DNA of 64,000 nucleotides, taken from the NCBI GenBank assembly GCA_002633005.1, contig NMRA01000093.1:634102-698101 (forward strand). The letters run 5' to 3'. Below are positions 40,951 through 51,300 of the stretch, piece by piece. The stretch is from Phoronis australis. Its lineage: Eukaryota; Animalia; Phoronida. The stretch's first letter is position 1; each line of letters starts with the position of its first letter. Under the pieces are notes generated by a model. It saw only the letters and a program-made list of their open reading frames with translations, made no database searches and was not told where the DNA came from. The translations under genes were made by a program, and so were the position numbers.

Positions 40951-43731
40951 CCAGGACAAAGCAACTGCTGCAGCACAATGTGTTCCGTAGATGCAGGATC
41001 ACACAAGACGATGCAAACTCACGCAAGACTGTACCCAAATGAAATGTCGGCCACAGAAGTGATTAGATACGCCAGGTTAAAATAAAGAATAGAATTTAAT
41101 GTTTCCATTACAATGAAATATTTGGCCACAGGTGTTTCAGGAGTGTGTTGTCTTTGGAACACAAACCAGCTTAGGGATTGGGACAAATGAGATCAGCCAT
41201 AAAGGGTCTGTTTCAAGTCATATTTGATAAAACTATAAAATGTCCCATTAGGCATCGAGTAATGGAGGTTTGATGTCTTACCAGTATTTTGCACTGTGCT
41301 TAATTTTGACAAAGTATCGGTGCCTGAAACCAACTGCCTGAAACCAACACACACCCCCAATTCCCCTGAAGCTCTTCACCCCTTGACATCATTTCCAAAA
41401 CTACATACAAGTATTTCCTGCAATATAATTCTGATATCTTAGAAACAAATCTCCCGCCAAAAGTGTTTACTAGTCATTGACTATTTCCAAGAACCTTGCA
41501 CTTAACAAAACTCTCAAGCTGTTTCATCAAAGGCAAAAATGTCACACCAACACAAATTCAGACACTAAGTTATTTCTATGTCAAACACTGGTGATTTATG
41601 TCTGCCAGTTGAACAAGTTTGTCTGACTGGGTTCATCAATCAGTTCTCCAGGGGCCTGCTGATCATCCCTTAGTACCAATATGTTATCCAGAACTTTAAC
41701 AAAGAGCTTTAATTACTCCATTATTATGCCATTTAGATTTCTATGCAGTAATCAAGTTAAAACTTGTTTCAAAATGTTGTGTTTAAGTTGAAAACAAAAA
41801 GGCAAGAGACAATGCGCTGATATCATAAAATAAAGACTTTTAAGTTTAAAAATGTTCAGTCACTAGAGGGCAGAGCATCAGAGCTATTGACTCAGTGCAC
41901 TTGACTGACCTCGCTGCTTCTTTCATTGGTAATGCGCCCAAGACATCTGATTGGTCTTAAAGCTAGACATGCTTCACAGAGACTTAACAATAAATGAAAT
42001 GTTAAATCAGAATAATTTTTACTTTTAAAAGTTTCCATTTAGGTAATGATTTGTGATAACACCAATTTCGGTACATGAGTTAGCACTGGTATATACATGT
42101 ATGGTAGCACCCATAATTTGTTAACAAAAACAATAAAATACTTCTAGCACACTTCAAAATTACTACGCATTTGCTCAAGAAACAAACTTTACCAATCATA
42201 CTAGTGGTGGAAATTGGCCTTCCTGTTAATTCGCACATTAGTTGCCGGCAATTTTTTATCTTTTCATTCACTTCAAAGATTGGCCTCATTACATTTTCCA
42301 CCATTCTACTTATTTCGCTGGCCCTCGCTTTTTGAAAAACAAAATTATTTATGAGCCAATAGGTAGAGCGGTGAACCGTACTGGCTTGTATTACATCATT
42401 GTCATTTAATTATTCGCATTCACTAGACTGGTGAACTGCAACAAGTGAATTACTTCAGGGCTCTCACTCACGTGTTTTTAAAATACTTTTCAGAATGCAA
42501 CGGAGCCAATATTTTCACACTCTAACAACAAGAAAACGAGGGAACTGAGTTTGCAAGTAGGACTGGACTAGAAGACAATGGTAACTTATAACTTCATCAG
42601 TAAGCAAAATATCAGGTTTAAAATCAAATTTAGTAAAACTTGTTTCAAAATTAAAACATTTTAACGTAGCTTTACAATATTTCCATGATAAATACAATTG
42701 ACAAATTAGAACTATCTAGCTGAATTTTGGTTAAGTTAAAAAAATTGTTAGCCAACATTGATTGACACTGAATTTCATTTTCCATACATTTAAATAATTG
42801 ATACATAGGTAAAAAATTAGACACTCCAAGTGCTTAGTTTAATAAAATATTCAGTGATCTTTGATTGATGAAACCCAATCTGTGTATTACATAAGTAAAG
42901 GGACAATGCTGAAACATATTACTCGCCATTAATCTCAAAACCAAAGTAGGCCTATATAAATATATCAGTTTCATAAAAAACATAGAAAGTCCATTAACAA
43001 CTAAATAGATTAACTAGTATTTTAGGATCTGTTAACATGGAAACGTAAAGGAATGTAATCTAGGGGAAGGACACTCCAACCAATTTCAGAGGAGTCTCAG
43101 TGCAGTTCTTGCATTTTACAACATTTTGCTTTCAACATCAAAAACATTGTAATCCCAAAAGTTTCACATTAGAAAAAAACAGTTAGGGTAATGTTTTTAG
43201 GTGCAATTAAACTATCAAAATTCCTCACAAATTTTGGCAGTTGATGGAACAATTCAAGCGCTGACATTCTTTACCAACCTGAACCATGCTGCCTGATTTT
43301 TATCACGGTGGAAATAGTATTCTTATCATGATCACAAATGTAGTCTTAACGAGTGAAATCCCAGGCAGAGCATGCAGAATGAAACAAAAGCAACATGATA
43401 AACTAGAACCCAATCACCAATGTGTAACAATATTAATTTATTGGCATGTTGCTGAAATGATGAATATCAATCAACCCTGGAAAAGAGTGAGGCCTGGCTA
43501 TGAGGCCTGCAGTCTCAGTTCAATTGACAGATTACGAAGTCTTGCACTGTTGATAACTTAAAAATTTATACTCAAAAATACAATCTAAACTTATAAACCA
43601 CAGGCAGCACCCCTGACCCAATTTAGCCTCGTGCACATGGGGCCTAGTAGAAACTATGTCATAAGTCACGCCTAACGGCAAGTTTGGGGCGTCAACGTGT
43701 GCGAGTCCCAAACTTTCAAAAGTGCACTTAC

Positions 43732-43822
43732 CTTGAAAATTAAGTTCACAGTAGGGGTCACTCTTTCCAAAAGTTTCTTTTGGAACATTTACCGCATTAA
43801 CTACAATGACAGTTAGAGCCAT
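43732..43822 (-). CDS. MYOF: Ferlin (myoferlin/dysferlin-type), coding exon 1, start of C2A domain
   Basis: Encodes MALTVIVVNAVNVPKETFGKSDPYCELNFQ(G), resembling the myoferlin N-terminus (MLRVIVESASNIPKTKFGKPDP..., from memory). Ends at a canonical phase-1 donor CAAG|gtaagt. Probably co-orthologous to vertebrate MYOF/DYSF/FER1L5. Confidence 0.88.
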
Positions 43823-44086
43823 ATTTGCCAATATTACACCCTACTCTGTCAACATATTTCGCGTCCCCCTAACCACCAGGCTCGCAACCCGCCTGTTACA
43901 CTCACAGTGACAGCTTCTATTTACAATGTGTGAATGGGGCAGATTAGGTCAAAGCATTCGGCTAACTCCGACCAAATTCGTATCATGTTCGCGCATACTC
44001 TTTTTCAAATCGAGGTTGTTTCCGTTCTTCAGAAATGTCGCGGATAATTCGAATTATTGATTTTATTGAACACAAACGCAAGGAGG
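43823..44086. promoter_or_regulatory. Putative compact bidirectional promoter between ferlin and ALMS1
   Basis: Lies between the ferlin ATG (43822, minus) and the proposed ALMS1 ATG (44087, plus); locally richer in CpG than the flanking introns. Confidence 0.55.
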
Positions 44087-44098
44087 ATGTCGTTTGAA
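44087..44098 (+). CDS. ALMS1: ALMS1-like, putative coding exon 1 (MSFE)
   Basis: aggaggATG TCG TTT GAA|gtgagt: purine at -3, consensus donor, phase 0 matches the next exon at 45769. Confidence 0.55.
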
Positions 44099-44395
44099 GT
44101 GAGTGCTTGTCTTTGTTGTTTGTAAATTCATTTTCTAGTAGGCATGTTTTTCAATAAGAGGTATATTTATTCGAAAAATTGTAGAGGAAATCAAGTGAAG
44201 TTCCAAGTCTATGCCTATGGCCTTCTCATTTTTCATGTTTTTCAAAACTTCAAAAGTGAAACGAAGGCTTGACACTGCATTGTATGCTAATTTCCGCATG
44301 TACGGCAGTGACTCCAATTGAGGGCTAAAGTTTAGAATCCCTGTGAAGCAGTGTTTGGAGCCAGGGATTTGCCGTAGCCAGGTAGCCGTAGACAC

Positions 44396-45613
44396 TAGAC
44401 AGTGACCACCGTCTCTACTGTCTACTGCCTGGCCCAGCCGGCCCAGTCCAGTCCTTCATTCAGTTCACATGCACCTTTGATCAGCCCCAGACGATAGTAT
44501 AGAAATAAAGAGAACGGTATACAACTACTATCCAATATGGCCGCCCGCCAGGTACTTCCGGAACAGCTCCAAACATAATAATTTGCTGAAAAGCTTCTTC
44601 TGTCTCTGCTGGGGCTAGGCAATGACCATCGCCTCTGTTGGCCCCGACCAGAGGCGATGCAGCTCCTATAGGCGCTCCATACGCCGGAAGCTTTTCAGCG
44701 AATTATGCCTCGCACCGACTAAAACATCAAAGTCTCTTTGTTGTAAATACCTTTTGCGCATAGAGGAACACCTTAGACAGTCGTCGATGTGTTTAATTCC
44801 TTCCAATTCGAACAAATACTCCCGTTATCAAACTTTTTCTTCGAGCAGTCCCCATTTCAGTTCCCAAAATCGTGAACTCAACATTTTCACTCGGCTCACG
44901 CCAAGAGATATGACGTACTCATTCTTTTAACCAGGCCGAAGGTCAGAAGTTGCGGTCCTATCGACGAACTTTGAAAGCTGAAGTTCCCGCCCTTTGCGTA
45001 CGTGCTGCCGGGAACCAGCCATGCATTTGCCGTGTTGTTAAATATTAACATGTCATTGTCAAATATGTGCACAAAGACTATTAAATGTCATATCAACAGC
45101 ATTTATTTTTATCAAATCAACCAATAATTCATTGAAATACAATCAGTTTCAAGTAACGCCAATTAACGACAAGTAGTGGTGGCATTTTGGAAACGAATAT
45201 TTGACTGACAAGATCGCAATGACTCACCTTTGGCCTATTTAAAGATTGAGGTCATGAAGTCACATCACCTGGCGAGCGCGGTAAAAATTGGAGCGTGTGC
45301 AGTATAAAAATGGTGAGTTCACGATTTTGGGAACTGAACGAGTGACTGTTCGAACAAAAAGTTTGATAACGGGAGTATTTGTTCGAGTTGGAAGGAATTA
45401 AACACACCGCCAACCTCCTAAAGTGTCCCTCCATACGCAAAAGGTATTTATAAAAACTAGACTTTCATGCTTTAGCCAGTGCGAGGCATAATTCGCCGAA
45501 AAGCTTCCGGCGTATGGAGCGCCTATAGGAGCTGCATCGACTCTGGTCGGGGCCAACAGAGGCGATGGTCATTGCCTATGCTGGGGCCAGACAGAGACGT
45601 CGGTCACTGTCTA
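44396..45613. mobile_element. Outer MITE (about 250 bp without the insert) hosting the Mutator-like element
   Basis: Inverted termini TAGACAGTGACC..CGTCTCT at 44396 and AGAGACG..GGTCACTGTCTA ending 45613; no clear TSD. Confidence 0.65.
44616..45578. mobile_element. Non-autonomous Mutator/foldback-like element, 963 bp, long TIRs, 9-bp TSD
   Basis: Inverted arms of about 270 bp (44616-44888 vs ~45306-45578) starting TAGGCAATGACCATCGCCTCTGTTGGCCCCGACCAGAG; perfect direct repeat TGCTGGGGC at 44607-44615 and 45579-45587. Confidence 0.88.
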
Positions 45614-45768
45614 GTAATTGGCGAGATCAACCAACCTGGTAATTGAACTAGTGACCTCAATAAAACCTGCAAGACTACTTGATTCAACTAATGCAAAATT
45701 GTATGTGTGCACATGGATGTTTGTACCACAATCATGTTGTGAAGAAGGATTATCTTTTGTTCCAACAG

Positions 45769-45853
45769 GCTGGGGATAATATCGACCATAGAGGCTATCA
45801 AGAGCTGCATACAGAACCCCACGTTCCCTCAGAGCTGGGCGACTCCTCACCGG
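45769..45853 (+). CDS. ALMS1: ALMS1-like, putative exon 2
   Basis: ttttgttccaacag|GCT...CCG G|gtgtgt; AGDNIDHRGYQELHTEPHVPSELGDSSP; phase 0 to 1, joins 47863 in frame. Confidence 0.6.
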
Positions 45854-46148
45854 GTGTGTGTTCAAAGTACCTGTATATTATTTGAAGGGCACCAATTTAA
45901 TTTAAAAATATTGTAGTGAAATTCTTCTTTTCAAATGATGATCAAGTAGTTTCTCTTAATTGGTTTCGTTGTTATAAAAGGGATTCTTGTGTCATAATTA
46001 GATATTAAGTACTGTACCTTTGGCAGTTTTATCTATTCTGTCAGCCAGACTTACTCAGAATGTCCGATGGTGATTTGATTTTTGTTGTGATACAAAAATC
46101 ATTTTTTTCGTCTTTCCAAATGTAAAGAGTGAAATACCATACTTATCC

Positions 46149-46465
46149 CAGCGCTCGACGCCAAGTCACATTTGGCGACCTGGCAAAAATCTGAGGTCGC
46201 CAAACAAAATCTGATGTCGACTTCTGTCTGCTTATTTTCTGTTGTAATTTAAATGCATCATTGATTTCGCGAAATATACGAAATTATTATGTTTGAAAGG
46301 TAATGATTCTAGGAAAACTTAGTAATTTAAAGTTTGGAAGTCAACATGAACTTTGAAATGAATGTTAGGTGAACAATTATCTCACTTAGATTCTCGCAGT
46401 GGCGACTTCAGTTTTTCCCTTGTCGCCAAACACAGTCTGAGGTCACATTGACAAATCGAGCGCTG
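46149..46465. mobile_element. hAT-like MITE (~317 bp)
   Basis: Inverted termini CAGCGCTCGA / TCGAGCGCTG with subterminal GTCGCCA/TGGCGAC motifs; no TSD retained. Confidence 0.5.
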
Positions 46466-47067
46466 CATCTGAATTAACTAATAGTACAAATCGTGAATGT
46501 ATTATGTAATTTGCGTACAAACTTTCCCTCTCTTGATTAGTTAATTTTTGTAAATGGCGTGTCACATTACTGAAAAACGTGCTTTATTGGTTTTGCATTG
46601 GGGGGTATCACAAGCTTTGCAAGTCATATTAAGATGTTGATAGCGGAATTTTGAAGACGGATATTCCAAGGAATTTGATTATATTTAGAAAACAGGGAAT
46701 TCACCGCATTTGGTCATGCTGTCTTCAGCACCAAGAATCCGGGCACCTACAGGTTTGTCATGGATCAAAAATTGCAACAAGACAGCGAGATTTGCGTGGT
46801 TGCGATCTGGTGGGGAGAAAGTAATTATGCCGACTAAAACGTTAACGTGATATGCTGAGTTTTTAATGCTTAATGCGGCTTTTTTGGTCGAACGTGATTT
46901 GAAATTGAAAAATATTGTAAACCATTCACGTGTTCTCTTGCAAAATGCAGATTTTTAGCATGCAAGTGACAGATTATGTCTTAAGTTGTTTGGCAACCCT
47001 TCTGTTTAAAAAAGTTTTGAGTGAATATTAACCCAAATGGTCAGTTCACTCATACAGTTGCCTTAGC

Positions 47068-47230
47068 CATTCTATGCTCTGAAGTATGATAGTATTAGAA
47101 TGTGCAAAATAACTATTTCACATTCTATGCTCTGAAGTATGATAGTATTAGAATGTGCAAAATAACTATTTCTCATTCTATGCTCTGAAGTATGATAGTA
47201 TTAGAATGTGCAAAATAACTATTTCTCATT
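47068..47230. repeat. 53-bp tandem repeat x3
   Basis: CATTCTATGCTCTGAAGTATGATAGTATTAGAATGTGCAAAATAACTATTTCW at 47068, 47121 and 47174. Confidence 0.95.
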
Positions 47231-47862
47231 TCGTTCACTTAAGATTAAGTATTTTCGTGTCTGAACTCAACATGGTAAGGGTTTGCTAAAGCTGACTGTT
47301 TGAGCTGTTGCGCTTAAAGGTAAAAATTTGTTAATTGTTGGTGGTGGGTGTTAACCCTGACAAATATGGTATTTGTAAATCACAGCTCTTTGTTTTGTTT
47401 TCTTTGTAGGAAATGACCCATTTCACTTAAAGATTTTGGAATCTCTGTTGATCAGTCATGAAAAATCTGTGCTGAATTAGCAGCTCACAGGTGTTTACCA
47501 CGCGCTGGCACTGTTACACTTGTGGGCATTCTACTGAGTGTACTTGTATGCCCTTCTATCTGCTGTCACCATGTCCATTTCACCAAGATCTAGGGACATG
47601 CTTGTTTGTAGTGTCTGTTGGCAATTTGCTGTATAACTGCTCACCTGAGGGGTAATGGTCTGATATAATGTGCCCGAATTTTGAGAACCGGTTTTCTCCC
47701 CTGAATAACAGGCATCGAACTGGTTCTCAAAATACGGCAACGTTATATCACACTATTGCCCAGCTGAAGATGTGTATGGGCGAGTGTATATCAAACTGTC
47801 CAACAGAAGGTTCAGTTGTGTTAATGAAGGGCTGGTATCAAACTACACTGCTTTCCTTGCAG

Positions 47863-48144
47863 AAAAGTTTTACGACGACCTGTCGCAACATGGCTTGTCC
47901 GATGATGAAAATGATGTGGTCTCGCCACTGTACTCCCACACAAGACAGGTTGAAAATGTGGAGTCTGCAATCGCCGAAGTCTCCACTGACTTCGTCACGG
48001 GCCATCTGTCTCTGTCGCAGTACCCAGTGCCTGGTGACTCACAGACATCGTCCCTATCTCAGTACCCCTTGAATGATACAGAAGACAAACGCAGGCTTGA
48101 GCACTCGGCCACAGACACACAGCTGTCTCAGCACTCCATTGAAG
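47863..48144 (+). CDS. ALMS1: ALMS1-like exon with conserved N-terminal motif
   Basis: ctttccttgcag| ... GAAG|gttagt, phase 1 to 1. Contains SAIAEVSTDFVTGHLSLSQYP, resembling human ALMS1 ATAEVASDLASSRFSVSQHP (from memory). Confidence 0.85.
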
Positions 48145-48385
48145 GTTAGTATATGTGTAGGCATGTATCAAAGAAAAACTTTGGAAGTATGAAGAATCTA
48201 GTAAAAGTCTGCACAGTGAAGTTGAAGTTTTTCTGCACAATCTCGTACTATTGTATAAATTAGTCAAGGAATTACCACAAACAGGCTAAATACAGGTGGA
48301 TTGAATGTAATCCTTATACCAAACGGGAAGTTTTTCAAACTCAGTGTCTGTTGGCTGTGTTACCATATGGTCTTTTCCATTTCAG

Positions 48386-51300
48386 ATGAGGATGGTAAAC
48401 TGATGAGTAGGCAAGAACCAGTGGGTGAGGAGGACTTCAAACACCAGTCCTTGGGAGGGCGCTACCGTCTAGACACGCCGCGTTCTGTCGAGAGTTTCAC
48501 CACCGAGTCAGACTCGGGTTCCTCTCGATCTAGTCATTCGCAGAGACTAGATGTCAAACCTGTACAGATTAAAGATCCGAGTGGTGTTCGCGACGAAGTG
48601 TACAACGTACAATATCCTATTAAATATTTACCTGAGCCACCCCCAAAGGCCGACAATGCTTCGCTGGTGAGTTCAACGACCCCAGAATCTGCAGCAGAGT
48701 CTGATCTAGGCATGGAATCTTCACACCACCAGGGCTCTCCCAAAAGTACATCATCCCAAGTGTCGAGAGTTTCCGCACCCAGTTCACAAAGTCTTGGATC
48801 GTTACCTAGCTCACAGGGCCAAGTGTATACTAGTAAGTGGGTTGAAGAGTACGAGGTGGTAACTGGTCAGGGTGGTGGGGTATCTGACCGAATGTCTGGG
48901 GCTTCAACCTACAGTACGTTGCAGGGAAGGCTGTCACAGGCATCCACAATGAGCGGTCCGTCCGTCAAAAGAGCCCGCTGGGATGAGCCGCTAGAAGGTG
49001 ACCATGGACAGGTTGACGTATTGGGAAAATATCTCCTGGTATCTCCAGAAGAAATAAAGCTAGACTTTGGTGATGCCAGAGCTGGTCAAGATCAAGATTC
49101 TATAGTCTTTGGTGACACCAACGATAGCCATCACACAAATCAGGTTACAAAATTACCAGTTGGTGAAAACCAGACTGGACCCAGTATGTATTTCATCGGG
49201 ATTGAAGATCCAATCCAGGAAGCCAAGATGAAAATTGCTCAGAAGAGAGATGGTGTGGATGTTGCCAACAGGAATGCTCCTTTAAAAGCTGATCACAACA
49301 TAACGGTGCCAGTGGAGTCCTTGAGAGATGACGGTGCACTGGTGACCGCTGATGCTGATGGATCTGCGAGGGTCTCATGGGGTGCTGGCAGTGAGGGTAG
49401 TGGTATGAGTGTGGACTCCATTGCGACCAGTCGTCATTCTCATGTCCAGAAGCTGGCAGTACCGATAAAGCCATCCCTGGTCAAGTTACCAATTGACTTG
49501 AGCCAGCTGGACAAACCTACTGAGTACGATATTGAGAGGTCTGGAAGGAGTGAAAAATCAGTGGACTCTGGTCGTGAGAGTAGCGCCAGGCTCAGTGGAC
49601 AGTCATTTCAATCGAGGACCTCCGGTGGCGTGCCTCTTTCATCATACATTGAATATCCTCGAGAGTTAAGGAGCACAACCCCAAACGACTCCGCTTCAAC
49701 AGTTGACAGGTCGTCATCAAAAGATGAGACTAGTGAACTCCTAAAAAGAGCCGGTGTTGATTATGTATCGGCTGAAGAGAGGTCAAAACTTCTTAGTGAC
49801 ACCAGCTCTCAGCACTCTGTCTCACGAGGTCCTTCTTTCTCACCCTCAGGCCCCACAAGGAAGAGCGAGATTCCTACTGTGGCTTTTGTACATGAAAAAT
49901 CTGTGACGCCTGCTTACGTACCTGTGGAGGACCGGCGCAGACTCCTTGGTCTGTCACCGGAGGAAATGGAAGCCCGTCGTGCCAGCATGGCTTTCTCTAT
50001 TACGCAACACGACGACATGACACAAAAGTCAAACTTCGCTTTGTTCGTAGAAGACCAGGACAAACATGAGGAGATGGCAACAGGATCACTTGATACAGCA
50101 GAAACAGGTGTGGTAGTAACCGCCAACCAGGATGAGTGCGAGGATGAGGTGTCTGCATCAGTTAGTACAGTAGAATCTGGTGGGACTGCTAGCGCCAATC
50201 AAGATGCTTCCGCAGTTACCGCCCCTTCTTCTGTCCACAGGGAGAGGGGAGAAGACTCTGTCACTAGTGGTCGAGACATACAGCAGGAAATGACGAAGCT
50301 CACCATAGTGTCCGAAGAGCAGAAGATGGAACCAAGCGTGAAAGAGGAGTCGAGGTCATCTTCGGCACGATCTGATCGATCAAGAGATCGACCGAAAGGA
50401 GATGGCCAAGAATATCAGCAAAGCACGTCGCCGGCATTTGCCTTCCCCGATCGAACTGACTCGGACATTCTGCAGAAAGACTTTGAACCGACGCAGGCAG
50501 TGTACCCTCATAGGAAGGGTAGGACATCAAAACCCAGCCCAGATAATAGAGTGGATGGTGCTCAAGTTGACATTCTCAAAATCGACAACAGCAGACCACC
50601 AGGAAGTACAAGTGGTGGTGGATCAGATCGAGGCAGCGCACGTTCTAGCCGTTCTGCCGTTGATGAGGTGCAGTCATTGCTGAGCTCCACTGTCCATTCT
50701 CTATCCATGCCTCCCAGTGAAGTTGACGGCGTGCATTCAAGTGTGAGTGCAGCAACTGAGGCCACATATCAGGAAAGAAAATCAAAACATTCCGGTTCCC
50801 TATCTAGTGATGTGCCATCATTGGTCTTGGATGATTTGTTGTCTGAGCATGGCTCAGCCAAGATGGGCTCCAGACAAAACCGTGAAGATCAACCGGATCA
50901 TGTAACACTACCAGAACCACCTAGAACAGATCGGCCGTCGTCAGCAACATCATTGGCTACTTCGGAGCTGCTAGCACTTAGAACAAGCGACATAGATTCT
51001 GTCAGGACAGATGACACTATACAGGTCAGTCCGGACGTTGAGCAAATTCTTCAGAGGTATGAACATAGGAAGAAGGATGCAGCATTCAGCCAAATGGACA
51101 TGGCAAGACAGAGGTTGTCACCTGTGGGGTCAGATGTTAGCCATGATTCACTTGCTCGCCGTGTTAATCAGCTGTTGACTCGGAAATCAGCTGGAGAAGA
51201 CAGTCTAAAGTCCAAACGCAACTCTCGCTCCCCAAAACAACACAGTAGGCTGTCTGATTATCAGCCTCTTAGTCTCAATGCCAGTGTATCCATACCAATG

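Noticed and set aside
40477-41038. Overlapping His/Cys-rich ORFs on both strands
   Set aside because: Translation products of a stop-free tandem repeat.
46760-46820. Alternative ALMS1 start exon MDQKLQQDSEICVVAIWWGE with phase-1 donor
   Set aside because: Phase-compatible with 47863 but the donor (AAA|gtaatt) is weaker and the composition atypical; the 44087/45769 chain is better supported. Not fully excluded.
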